Below are positions 47,457-56,208 of a stretch of DNA of 64,000 nucleotides, piece by piece. The notes beneath the pieces are model-generated. The model was not told where the DNA came from. It was given only the letters and a program-made list of their open reading frames with translations, and searched no databases. Origin of the DNA: an uncultured bacterium. GTDB taxonomy: Bacteria > CAZDME01 > JAYEMH01. The stretch lies in contig CAZDKO010000002.1 in assembly GCA_964506075.1 (NCBI GenBank), positions 16-64,015 on the forward strand, given 5' to 3'. Numbering within the stretch: position 1 is the stretch's first letter; every line of letters starts with the position of its first letter. Position numbers and translations under genes: made by a program.

Positions 47457-48361
47457 TTGTGGGCTCAATTGCTCTTGATTCGGTAAAAACGCCTTTTGGG
47501 GAAGCCGAGGAAGTTTTAGGCGGTTCAGCTACTTATGCTTCTTACGCCGCCAGTTTTTTTACCACGCCGTATCTGGTGGGAGTAGTGGGAAAAGATTTTC
47601 CCGAGAAACACATTGAGCTTTTACGGGGAAAATCAATTGATTTAAAAGGGCTGATGGTTGAAGAGGGGAAGACTTTTCGCTGGAAGGGATATTATGATTT
47701 TGATTTAAACAGCGCCAAAACCCTTTCCACCTGTTTAAACGTGTTTCAGAATTTTCGTCCAAGGCTACCCGAGGAATACCGTAAAATCAAAAATGTTTTT
47801 CTGGGTAATATTGACCCTGATGTCCAGCTTGAGGTTATCGACCAGGTGGAAAGCCCGGAGCTGGTCGTCGGAGACACGATGAATTTCTGGATTAGCAATA
47901 AAAAAGAGGCGCTTCTAAAGGTTTTAAAAAAGATAAACGTTTTAGTTATCAATGACGCCGAGGCCAGGCAGTTATCGGAGGAGCCCAATTTAATTAAGGC
48001 CGGAAAAAATTTGCTTTCTTTCGGCCCGGAATATATAATTATCAAAAAAGGGGAGCACGGGGCGTTACTTTTTTCCGATTCGGTTTTCTTTTCCCTGCCG
48101 GCTTATCCTCTGGAATCTTTGTATGACCCGACCGGAGCCGGGGACAGTTTTGCCGGCGGCTTTATCGGTTATTTATCCGGCATAGATAATTTTAACGGCT
48201 CTGAATTTAAAAAAGCCCTGGTTTACGGGAGCGTGGTCGCTTCCTTTGACGTTGAGGATTTCAGTCTTAACCGTCTGGTAAAACTGAATAAAGAAGATAT
48301 AGACCGGCGGTATAAGGAATTTGTAAATATTTCGCATTTTGAAAATTTCAAGCGGGATTAA
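47444..48361 (+). CDS. PfkB-family carbohydrate/nucleoside kinase
   Basis: Start re-picked to ATG 47444 (MAVLIVGSIALD). GGSATYAS and DPTGAGDSFAGGF are present. The last 10 nt overlap tRNA-Gly. Confidence 0.8.
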   Translation: MAVLIVGSIALDSVKTPFGEAEEVLGGSATYASYAASFFTTPYLVGVVGKDFPEKHIELLRGKSIDLKGLMVEEGKTFRWKGYYDFDLNSAKTLSTCLNVFQNFRPRLPEEYRKIKNVFLGNIDPDVQLEVIDQVESPELVVGDTMNFWISNKKEALLKVLKKINVLVINDAEARQLSEEPNLIKAGKNLLSFGPEYIIIKKGEHGALLFSDSVFFSLPAYPLESLYDPTGAGDSFAGGFIGYLSGIDNFNGSEFKKALVYGSVVASFDVEDFSLNRLVKLNKEDIDRRYKEFVNISHFENFKRD

Positions 48362-48426
48362 CTCAGCGGTAGAGTGCAACCTTCCCAAGGTTGAGGCCAC
48401 GGGTTCGAATCCCGTATCCCGCTCCA
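48352..48426 (+). tRNA. tRNA-Gly (anticodon CCC), CCA encoded
   Basis: GCGGGAT-TA-ACTC...CAACC-TTCCCAA-GGTTG...ACGGGTTCGAATCCCGT-ATCCCGC-TCCA. Confidence 0.9.
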
Positions 48427-48600
48427 GAGTTACGGCTAATAGCGTATGGCGGATAGCCAATAGCACGTGGCAAATAGCGGATAGCACATAGCTGATAGCG
48501 AATAGCAGATGGCTTATGGCAGATGGCGTATAGCCAATAGCAGATGGTTAATTGGTAATTTGTTTTTGCCATCAGCTATCTGCTATAAGCTATTCGCCAA
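48427..48600. repeat. Low-complexity GATAGC/GATGGC/AATAGC word repeat block between tRNA-Gly and tRNA-Ser
   Basis: A run of 6-8-mers (GGCGGATAGCCAATAGCACGTGGCAAATAGCGGATAGC...) ends in a partially complementary tract (GCCATCAGCTATCTGCTATAAGCTATTCGCC). The same words occur at 39195-39240. Confidence 0.7.
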
Positions 48601-48605
48601 AAACC

Positions 48606-48695
48606 GGAGAGGTGCCAGAGCGGTCGATCGGAGCTGCCTGCTAAGCAGTTGAACCCGAAAGGGTTCCCTGGGTTCGAATCCCAGCCTCTCCGCCA
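48606..48695 (+). tRNA. tRNA-Ser (anticodon GCU), long variable arm, CCA encoded
   Basis: GGAGAGG-TG-CCAG...CTGC-CTGCTAA-GCAG, variable arm TTGAACCCGAAAGGGTTCC, then CTGGGTTCGAATCCCAG-CCTCTCC-GCCA. Confidence 0.9.
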
Positions 48696-48721
48696 CCGCC
48701 GCTTTGCTTCGCAAAGCGAAG

Positions 48722-49040
48722 CAGCGGTGGCAGAGAATCGAAAATCGAAAGTCGAGAATAGATAAAAATAGGTTTTCGATTCGGTCAATTTTCGATTATC
48801 GATTTTCAAGCTTTGTATTTCTTTAAGCAAAGGGTAAATTTTCAGCAGCGGTGGCAGAGCAATCGAGAATCGAAAATCGAAATTAGATTTAAGAAGATTC
48901 TTGATTGCGGTCAATTCTCGATTTTCTATTTTCGGAAAAATCTAAGAATAACAGAGAATCGAAAATCGAGATTCGAAATTAGATAAAAGGAGATTTTTGA
49001 TTCGGTCAATTTTCGATTATCGATTTTCAATTTTCAAAAT
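48722..49040. repeat. Three tandem ~100-124-bp units of an (AATCGA)n-rich imperfect palindrome
   Basis: The units start near 48731, 48855 and 48952. Each has a left arm (A)GAATCGAAAATCGA(A/G)A.TCGA.AAT.AGAT and a right arm TTGATTCGGTCAATTTTCGATTATCGATTTTC. Units 1 and 2 are each preceded by CAGCGGTGGCAGAG (48722, 48846). Confidence 0.8.
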
Positions 49041-49041
49041 C

Positions 49042-49386
49042 ATGGCATTTATATTCGAGAAATTAGACGTTTACAGAAAGGCCGTTGATTTCGCGGACAA
49101 AATCTGCGACTTAACTAAAGATTTTCAAAAGGGAAATTATTATTTGGCTGACCAGTTAAATCGTGCATCATTGTCAATATCCACGAATATAGCAGAAGGC
49201 AACGGCAAGTATCATAAAGCAGATAGAGTTAATTTCTTTCGAATAGCGCGCGGTTCGGCATTTGAGTGCGTACCAATTTTAGAAATATGCAAAAGGAAGA
49301 AACTCATTGCTGAAGAGTTAAATGCATCTTTAAAGAAGGAAGTGGAAAACATCTGCAAAATGTTATCTGGTCTTATAAACACCTAA
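49042..49386 (+). CDS. Four-helix-bundle protein (23S rRNA intervening-sequence protein / Avd-like family)
   Basis: Start re-picked to ATG 49042. MAFIFEKLDVYRKAVDF...QLNRASLSISTNIAEGNGKYHKADRVNFFRIARGSAFE matches this family's hallmark pattern. Confidence 0.85.
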   Translation: MAFIFEKLDVYRKAVDFADKICDLTKDFQKGNYYLADQLNRASLSISTNIAEGNGKYHKADRVNFFRIARGSAFECVPILEICKRKKLIAEELNASLKKEVENICKMLSGLINT

Positions 49387-49410
49387 CCACTTTAACAGGA
49401 AACCACACCA

Positions 49411-50172
49411 ATGAAACAATGGTACGAATTATTATTTGAGAATTACGCCCGCAAATACGATAAAGAATGTTATGTCCAGGGAACGACTGGCGAGTGCGAC
49501 TTTATTGAGCAGGAGATAAATCGCGATAAGTCGATAAAGATCCTGGATATCGGCTGCGGCACGGGACGCCATGCTATTGAACTGACAAAAAGGGGATACA
49601 ACGTTACCGGCGTTGACCTTTCCGAGAATCAGATAAAAAGGGCAAGGGAAAAGGCCCAAGAGGCAGGGGTGACCATCGATTTCCAAATACAAGATGCGCG
49701 CAATCTCTCTTTTGACGGCAAATTTGATCTGGCGATTATGTTGTGTGAAGGCGGATTCCCTCTGATGGAAACAGATGAGATGAATTTTGAGATACTCAAG
49801 AACGCCACAAAAGCGCTGAAAGATAAAGGCAAGCTCATTTTCACCACATTAAACGGATTGTTTCCGCTGTTTCATTCGGTCAATGAATTCTATGAGTCGG
49901 CGCAGAAAGAAGGCCAATCCCAGTGTAAGGAGTGCTCCTTTGATCTGATGACTTTCCGAGACCATAATACAACAGTTTTTGAAGATGACTCCGGGAATAA
50001 AAGAGAACTCAAAAGCAATGAGCGCTACTATGTGCCAAGTGAACTCACATGGCTTTTAAAGACGCTGGGGTATAAGAAAATAGAAATTTTTGGGGCGAAG
50101 CTGGGCGCGTATTCAAGAAAAGATAAGCTGACGACTGAAGATTTTGAAATGCTGGTGATCGGACAGCGGTAG
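49411..50172 (+). CDS. Class I SAM-dependent methyltransferase
   Basis: Motif I ILDIGCGTGRHAIEL and post-I VTGVDLS. 253 aa. Confidence 0.8.
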   Translation: MKQWYELLFENYARKYDKECYVQGTTGECDFIEQEINRDKSIKILDIGCGTGRHAIELTKRGYNVTGVDLSENQIKRAREKAQEAGVTIDFQIQDARNLSFDGKFDLAIMLCEGGFPLMETDEMNFEILKNATKALKDKGKLIFTTLNGLFPLFHSVNEFYESAQKEGQSQCKECSFDLMTFRDHNTTVFEDDSGNKRELKSNERYYVPSELTWLLKTLGYKKIEIFGAKLGAYSRKDKLTTEDFEMLVIGQR

Positions 50173-50208
50173 TAGAAAATCGAGAATCGAGAATCGAAAA
50201 TAGATTAT
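50173..50208. repeat. Left-arm-only copy of the (AATCGA)n element
   Basis: GTAGAAAATCGAGAATCGAGAATCGAAAATAGAT lies directly after the methyltransferase stop. Confidence 0.7.
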
Positions 50209-50232
50209 AAGAGGACAGGAATTAAATAAAAA

Positions 50233-50676
50233 ATGGCAAACGATAAAAGTCTTATAAAAAATAAAGTATTAGTTCGTCGGTACATCGAGGAAATTATTAA
50301 TACGGGAAATGTCAAGGAGATAGAAAAGTTTATTTCCCCGGATTACCTTGAGATTGGCGAAGGTAAAAACAACGCTTTCGGAATTAAGGGGGCGAAAGAA
50401 CATATTTTAGGTGTCCGGCAGACGTATCCTGACTTAAAATTGACGGTTGACCACCAAATTGCCGAAGGTGACTGGGTAGCGACCTACATAACCGCCCGTG
50501 GCACCCATAAGGGAACCTGGCTGGGTATAAAGCCAACCGGTAAGGTCGTAACCTATACCGGCGTTAATATAAATAAAATAGTTGATGGCAGAATTGTCGA
50601 ACATGGCGGAGCCGCCAATCTTCTTTTAGAGTTACTGAAAATTGGAGCGGTTCGGGTGGTAGGGGCAAAAAAATGA
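50233..50676 (+). CDS. SnoaL-like ester cyclase family protein
   Basis: 147 aa with NKVLVRRYIEEIINTGN, GTHKGTWLGIKPTGK and VDGRIVEHGG. Confidence 0.75.
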   Translation: MANDKSLIKNKVLVRRYIEEIINTGNVKEIEKFISPDYLEIGEGKNNAFGIKGAKEHILGVRQTYPDLKLTVDHQIAEGDWVATYITARGTHKGTWLGIKPTGKVVTYTGVNINKIVDGRIVEHGGAANLLLELLKIGAVRVVGAKK

Positions 50677-50680
50677 GCCG

Positions 50681-50775
50681 CCCCCGTGCTTGTTTTGTTT
50701 ATCCCCATGTTTAGTTTTATAAAATAAAACTACGGGGGTAGAAAATCGAGAATCGAAAATCGAAATTAGATAAAA
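50681..50775. repeat. Family-H palindromic element (50681-50738) abutting another left-arm (AATCGA)n copy (50738-50775)
   Basis: CCCCCGTGCTTG...TTTTGTTTATCCCCAT...AGTTTTAT-AAA-ATAAAACTACGGGGG is followed by GTAGAAAATCGAGAATCGAAAATCGAAATTAGAT. The termini match 8095-8199 and the inner arm matches 58159-58230. Confidence 0.7.
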
Positions 50776-50983
50776 AAGGTTGTTTTTTATGATGATAATA
50801 AAAAATACCTTAACGGATTCGTTAATCATGGTGGCGGAAAAATAATTAAAACCTTCGCTGAAAATGGCGGAGGTTTCTATTTATTGTATGGTATGAAAAA
50901 GTGGTCTGACCCCTTTTTTATTAGATGTTAAGATTGAAAGGTTGATATTAGATTAAATATACGATATTGAGGAGGAAAATACC

Positions 50984-52261
50984 ATGGCCATAAGAGAAAA
51001 AGTAGAGTCACTTGAAAAAGTAAGTGAGGCAACCGATCGCACACTACGTTTATGGCTCAGAGGCAGAAAGCAAGACTTGCGTGTTTACAGGATCCCGATA
51101 AAGCACCTCTATTTTAATATTGAGAATGGCCGATACGCAGACAAGATGATACAGCTTAGGGCTGATAATCCAGGCGTAGATATTGACCCAAAATCAGATG
51201 TGTGGAGAGATGAAATCTATAAAATGTTAAAAGGTGAATATGTAGGAACAATCGAAGCTGAAGGGACAGAACGTGACGAAGTTGACTTCGATAGATTAAG
51301 CGAAGACATAAGAAAAAGAGAGCAACTGAATCCAGGCATAGTTCTTGCAGATGGCGGTGTAATAGATGGAAATAGGCGATTAGCTGTTCTTATGTCTTTA
51401 GATGATGAAAGATTTAGCCACTTTGATGGTGTTATTCTTCCAGATGATATTTCTGCAGAAGATAGGTGGAGAATTGAAGTAGGGGTCCAGCTTGGAAAAG
51501 ACCAACAATTAGATTATTCCCCTATTAATAAATTGTTGAAAATTAGGCAAGGTTTGCTTATGTATAAATCCATGAAATTACCTAGCGGAAAATCTGCAGA
51601 AGATATGGTAGCTGAGGCCCTATATGGTGTATCAAAAAAAGAGGTTTCAGAGAGTATAGATCTAATTAACCTGATCGATGAATATCTAGATTTTTTCAAA
51701 TGCAAAGGTCAATATCATCAGGTAGCAGATAAAAACGAACGGTTTATTGAAGCCCTTGGCAGTTTAAAAGCGGCAGAAGGAAAACTAGCTCCTCACGAGA
51801 TAGCAAAGCTAAAAGTTCAATTATTCGTTATTGTAAAAGAAGGCATTATGTCCAACTGGGAGATTAGGGACGTAAAACGTGCATTAGGGGGAATTCAAAA
51901 AGCTAGGGGACGGAAAAGTACGCTAATCCAAAAAGCAGTAGGGCATTTGATTGCTCATACAACAGATCCTAAAACAGTTCGAGATGCCTATACAGATAAT
52001 ACCCAAGGTAAGATAGTATTAAAATCTAAAACAATATGTCGAGAATTTAAAGATATTTTTGAAGCAGAAAAAGATGCTAATCAACCTCTTACATTAGCGA
52101 AAGATGCTCGTGCGAAATTAGATACATTAAAAGAATCTCTAAAAGATTTTAAGAAACCTGAAGATGCACTTGCCATAGTAGAAGAACTATCCATTATGAA
52201 AAAGCTTATAAGAGCGTGTCTAAGCACTGTTAAATTGCCGAAGCATAAAGTTAAGGGGTAA
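50984..52261 (+). CDS. ParB/Srx-fold (DUF262/DndB-like) N-terminal domain protein, first gene of candidate defence cassette
   Basis: Strong SD (GAGGAGG). YRIPIKHLYFNIENGRY and LNPGIVLADGGVIDGNRRLAVL resemble the ParB/Srx signature (xDGxxR). The C-terminal ~250 aa are helical and unrecognised. Confidence 0.55.
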   Translation: MAIREKVESLEKVSEATDRTLRLWLRGRKQDLRVYRIPIKHLYFNIENGRYADKMIQLRADNPGVDIDPKSDVWRDEIYKMLKGEYVGTIEAEGTERDEVDFDRLSEDIRKREQLNPGIVLADGGVIDGNRRLAVLMSLDDERFSHFDGVILPDDISAEDRWRIEVGVQLGKDQQLDYSPINKLLKIRQGLLMYKSMKLPSGKSAEDMVAEALYGVSKKEVSESIDLINLIDEYLDFFKCKGQYHQVADKNERFIEALGSLKAAEGKLAPHEIAKLKVQLFVIVKEGIMSNWEIRDVKRALGGIQKARGRKSTLIQKAVGHLIAHTTDPKTVRDAYTDNTQGKIVLKSKTICREFKDIFEAEKDANQPLTLAKDARAKLDTLKESLKDFKKPEDALAIVEELSIMKKLIRACLSTVKLPKHKVKG

Positions 52262-52278
52262 CCCATAGGTATTAGTGT

Positions 52279-54201
52279 ATGGCAATACGATTGTATTTTA
52301 CTCAAGAAGGTAATTTAGAGATAAATTCGTTAGAACAAAATAATTTTTCTATAGAAGAGGAAGGAACTGTTTTAGTTCTGCCTTTTAGGACTATTGAAAA
52401 AGACCGTCACCATATTATCATAAACCCAGGGGAGAAACTAAATGAGACGATAGAATACATATTATCCGAACTTAAAAATAAAAATTATATAGTTGAACTT
52501 GATTCTTATTTAAAAAAGTATTGGGATAATTATATTCTCGAGAAAAATAAAATAAGAGACATAAGAAGGGAAAAAACAAGATTAAGCGTTGACAATAAAG
52601 CGATAAGGCCTATTTTTAAATACACACGTCAACCATTTTCTCATCAGCTTAGAGGAATACGTCATGCGTTAAATTTGGAAAATGCAGCTAATTTTTCTGT
52701 ACCAGGAAGCGGGAAAACGCAAGTTGCTTTAGGTATTTTTATGTATTTGAAAACAAAGAAAGTTGTGGAGAAATGTTTTGTTATAGGACCCGCAAGTTGT
52801 TTCGAACCATGGGAAAATGAAGCAAGAGAGTGTCTACAGCGGCCAATTACGGTGTTGCGTTGGTCAGGGAGTGTTACGAAGAGGCGCAGAATAGGCAGTC
52901 TTGCCAGAAACAGTGATTTAATACTGATAACATATCAAACAGCTTGTAATGATTTTTTATTATTAGAACAGATACTCAGACGATATAAAACTCTTCTGGT
53001 ATTAGATGAATCACATCATGTTAAGAATCCAAATGGATCACGCGCAAAAGCTATTTTACGTCTTTCCCCATTTTCTACTAAAAGATTAATTCTTACAGGC
53101 ACACCGGCTCCACATTCTCTATTTGATGTATGGACACAATTTTCTTTTCTTTGGCCATCTCAACAACTTATAAAGGATTTTTATTCATTTAAAAGAGAAT
53201 TAGAATCACACAAGAACCCAGCAGTCAAACTGAAACGGGATCTTAATCCATATTTCATTCGAACAACAAAAAAGGAATTAGGACTTCCCGAAATTAAATG
53301 GGATATTGATTTTATAAACAAAAAAGATATTCCCTCTGAACAGAGAAAAATTATTGACCTTTTAGAGCTAAAGACATTAACAGAGGCTAGGAAATTTGGT
53401 CTTTCAGATGTAGATATGGATGTCTTGTATAAATGGAGAATAGCAAGAATTATTAGATTATTACAAGCTGCATCAAACCCAGCTCTTTTGTTAAAAAGAA
53501 TAGATTGCTGTAACATTGAGAAGAGCCTGGATGTCGATATGTCAGATCTGGTAAATTATGCGAATGTATTTTTAAGTCTAAAAAAATTACCTATAAAGAT
53601 AGATATCGTTATAAAAAAGACAAAAGCACTCGTAGAGTCAGGAAAAAAGGTTATAGTCTGGTCATGGTTTGTAGAAAACTTATGTCTTTTGGAAAAGCTG
53701 TTAAATAAATATAATCCGCTAATGATATATGGTGAAATTAAACCCTACGAAGAAAAAGAAGATTCAGCATTAGAAGAAAGTAGAGAACGGAATATACGCG
53801 ATTTTAAAAAGAAAAAGGACAGACCTATATTGTTGGCCAATCCGGCTGCCTGTGCAGAATCAATATCTCTACACAAACAGTGCCAGGATGCAATATATCT
53901 TGATAGAAATTTTAATTGCGGACAATTTTTACAATCAATGGACCGTATTCATAGGGTTGGAATGCCGCGCGACACAACAGCTCTATATCACATTCCTATC
54001 ATTGATTGCGCTATTGAGCGTAGCATAGATAAACGCCTCAAAAAACGCCAGCAAGATCTTTACACAGTTCTTAACGATCCAATGCCAGTTTTAGGTGTTG
54101 ATGATGACGCCTGGCTTGCAGATTCGACTGGTGAGCTAAACGATGCGTTTGATGATGTAATAAAAGAAATAAAAAATGAGAAAAGAAAACACTCTATATA
54201 A
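52279..54201 (+). CDS. SNF2-family (SF2) helicase/translocase
   Basis: Motif I VPGSGKTQ, motif II LVLDESHHVKN, motif III LILTGTPAP and motif VI QSMDRIHRVGM. The N-terminal ~120 aa are unassigned. Confidence 0.85.
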   Translation: MAIRLYFTQEGNLEINSLEQNNFSIEEEGTVLVLPFRTIEKDRHHIIINPGEKLNETIEYILSELKNKNYIVELDSYLKKYWDNYILEKNKIRDIRREKTRLSVDNKAIRPIFKYTRQPFSHQLRGIRHALNLENAANFSVPGSGKTQVALGIFMYLKTKKVVEKCFVIGPASCFEPWENEARECLQRPITVLRWSGSVTKRRRIGSLARNSDLILITYQTACNDFLLLEQILRRYKTLLVLDESHHVKNPNGSRAKAILRLSPFSTKRLILTGTPAPHSLFDVWTQFSFLWPSQQLIKDFYSFKRELESHKNPAVKLKRDLNPYFIRTTKKELGLPEIKWDIDFINKKDIPSEQRKIIDLLELKTLTEARKFGLSDVDMDVLYKWRIARIIRLLQAASNPALLLKRIDCCNIEKSLDVDMSDLVNYANVFLSLKKLPIKIDIVIKKTKALVESGKKVIVWSWFVENLCLLEKLLNKYNPLMIYGEIKPYEEKEDSALEESRERNIRDFKKKKDRPILLANPAACAESISLHKQCQDAIYLDRNFNCGQFLQSMDRIHRVGMPRDTTALYHIPIIDCAIERSIDKRLKKRQQDLYTVLNDPMPVLGVDDDAWLADSTGELNDAFDDVIKEIKNEKRKHSI

Positions 54202-55183
54202 TTTAATAAAATCCAATGGAAATTTAGGAGAGATAGCGCTTGTTTTAAGACCACTACAGAAGGGGGCGCTTGAAGACTGGGTTCTTAAAGTTTGCATTTA
54301 TAAGCAAGCTGGGGTGAGCACTAGAATACCTGAGCCAGATACACTAATAAATGCTTCAGCAGTTTTAGGGCTGGTAGAAATCAGAAAAAGGAAGAAAAAT
54401 AGAGTAGTGTCTCTTTCGAGGCTTGGCAAAAATATTGTTAGATTAAAAACTGTAGAAAAAGATAGACTGACAAAACAACAAGGAAAGATCATTTTTTCTA
54501 TTGCACTAGAAAAAATGGATATTATAGATGATGTGTTATCTGTAATAAATATGTTTAACATTTATCAAAATGGAGATTTTAGGATTAGTAGTAATGATAA
54601 CCGAATTAATTATCTTGAGGACCAAATTCTCCGCCTATTCCAGCAGTTAAAAATTGCTACCTATCAAAACGGAAATATAATCGTTGAAAAAAAAGACAAA
54701 GAATGGTTAATTGCTTTAATCTCATCCATACGTGAGACTAGCATAGATGAGCTCTTAGACCTACTGACTTTGAAAAGGAAGTATGGAATAATGGCAGAGG
54801 ATTTTGTATTGCGGAAAGAGAAAGAAAGACTGGTTAAGATTGGGCGCATGGATCTTGCTAGTTTAGTTAAGAAAATAAGTGACCAGAATATTTCTGCGGG
54901 ATATGACATTTTGTCCTTTGATGGATGCAAATCGTCTCTTATTCCAGATAGATTTATTGAAGTAAAGGGAAGCTCAAATAATCAGTTAGTTTTTTATATA
55001 TCAAAAAATGAAATACAAATAGCACAAAAAATGCAAGATAAATATTGGATATATTGTGTATTGGGCGTAGGAAATCCAACTAATCAAAAAATAGAAATAA
55101 TAAATAATCCATATAAAAGAATTTTTCAGGAAAAGCAGTTTAACATAGAACCCATTTTGTGGCGGATAAGCGAAAAAAGATAA
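54176..55183 (+). CDS. DUF3883-type PD-(D/E)xK nuclease-like protein with N-terminal putative wHTH/recognition region
   Basis: The C-terminal GYDILSF...DRFIEVKGS...FYISKNEIQIAQ...YWIYCV matches the DUF3883 restriction-endonuclease-like pattern (D...EVK). The start overlaps the SNF2 gene by 26 nt. Confidence 0.6.
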   Translation: MRKENTLYNLIKSNGNLGEIALVLRPLQKGALEDWVLKVCIYKQAGVSTRIPEPDTLINASAVLGLVEIRKRKKNRVVSLSRLGKNIVRLKTVEKDRLTKQQGKIIFSIALEKMDIIDDVLSVINMFNIYQNGDFRISSNDNRINYLEDQILRLFQQLKIATYQNGNIIVEKKDKEWLIALISSIRETSIDELLDLLTLKRKYGIMAEDFVLRKEKERLVKIGRMDLASLVKKISDQNISAGYDILSFDGCKSSLIPDRFIEVKGSSNNQLVFYISKNEIQIAQKMQDKYWIYCVLGVGNPTNQKIEIINNPYKRIFQEKQFNIEPILWRISEKR

Positions 55184-55208
55184 TGAGCAACCATTAATTA
55201 TCAGAGAG

Positions 55209-56045
55209 ATGAATATACAAAAGAGTTTTAATAAGATTATATGCGGTGACTGTCTGGATGTTTTAAAAGATTTTCCAAATAGTTGCATAGATTTAATAAT
55301 AACATCCCCGCCTTATGCAAATAGCCGGAAGGCTGATTATGGAGGTATACAGCCATCCGAATATGTTGCTTGGTTATTACCGCGCACCGAACAATTTATG
55401 CGAGTATTAAAGCCGAGCGGTACCTTTATATTAAATATAAAAGAGAAGGTGGTGGATGGCGAAAGGCATACGTATGCAATTGATTTAATTCTTAAAATGC
55501 GTGAACAGGGTTGGCGTTGGACAGAAGAATTTATTTGGCACAAAAAGAATTCTTTCCCTGGAAAATGGCCAAATCGTTTCAGAGATGCTTGGGAAAGATG
55601 TTTGCAGTTCAATAAACGCAAACAATTTAAAATGTACCAAGATGCAGTAAAAATTCCTATTGGCGAATGGGCAAATTATAGACTTAAGAATTTGAGTGAT
55701 AGTGATAATATAAGATTGGACTCGCATTCAAAAAGCGGCTTTGGCAGACGCGTCGCTAATTGGGCCGGCAAAAAAAAGGTATATCCAACAAATGTGTTAC
55801 ATATAGCAACAGAATGTGCTAATAGAAGTCATAGTGCCACGTTTCCTATTGGACTACCTACATGGTTTATAAAATTATTTACTAAAAAGGGAGATGTTGT
55901 GCTAGATCCTTTTATCGGTTCTGGTACAAGTGCCGTGGCTTCTAGGAAACTTAGCAGAAAGTATATTGGTATTGATATTGAAAAAAAGTTTTGTGAATTA
56001 GCTCAAAAAAATATAAATAAAAATTGTTCCAAGGAAAATTACTAA
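55209..56045 (+). CDS. Beta-class DNA amino-methyltransferase (N4-C or N6-A; motif IV SPPY)
   Basis: Motif IV IITSPPYAN lies near the N-terminus and motif I VLDPFIGSGTSAVA near the C-terminus. HSATFP is also present. This order is typical of PF01555-type MTases. Confidence 0.85.
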   Translation: MNIQKSFNKIICGDCLDVLKDFPNSCIDLIITSPPYANSRKADYGGIQPSEYVAWLLPRTEQFMRVLKPSGTFILNIKEKVVDGERHTYAIDLILKMREQGWRWTEEFIWHKKNSFPGKWPNRFRDAWERCLQFNKRKQFKMYQDAVKIPIGEWANYRLKNLSDSDNIRLDSHSKSGFGRRVANWAGKKKVYPTNVLHIATECANRSHSATFPIGLPTWFIKLFTKKGDVVLDPFIGSGTSAVASRKLSRKYIGIDIEKKFCELAQKNINKNCSKENY

Positions 56046-56092
56046 TCGCCTTCATCGTAAGAATATGTATCTAAAAGAATCTTAATAATAGT

Positions 56093-56139
56093 GACAGCTA
56101 GCAGTTTTTAAAATAGCCGCTATCCCTGATAAAGCCAGA
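56093..56139 (+). promoter_or_regulatory. Conserved ~48-bp upstream motif, copy 1 (partner at 58252-58299)
   Basis: GACAGCTAGCAGTTTTTAAAATAGCCGCTATCCCTGATAAAGCCAGA versus GACAGCTACCGGTTTTAAAAATAGCTACCATACCCTGATAAAGCGAGA, roughly four-fifths identical by eye. Confidence 0.55.
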
Positions 56140-56208
56140 AAGTAATTGGCATAAGGTTGTTTGGAGACCAAGAGGGAGGACAAGAAAATCACTCTGATCC
56201 CATTTCTG

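Noticed and set aside
48173-48914. Three overlapping minus-strand ORFs (104, 69 and 112 aa).
   Set aside because: They run through tRNA-Gly, tRNA-Ser and the word-repeat blocks. Their repetitive translations (AIRH.., FDFRFS..) are artefacts of the DNA repeats.
48722-49040. Considered whether the tandem (AATCGA)n units are a CRISPR array.
   Set aside because: The units are imperfect palindromes ~100-124 bp apart with no alternating unique spacers of constant size. No cas genes are in the window.
48997-50830. Considered an integron cassette array (repeat-gene-repeat layout).
   Set aside because: No intI or attI is present. The repeats do not show the attC R''-L''/L'-R' organisation as far as I can see. 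The idea is kept only as a cassette-like description in the findings.
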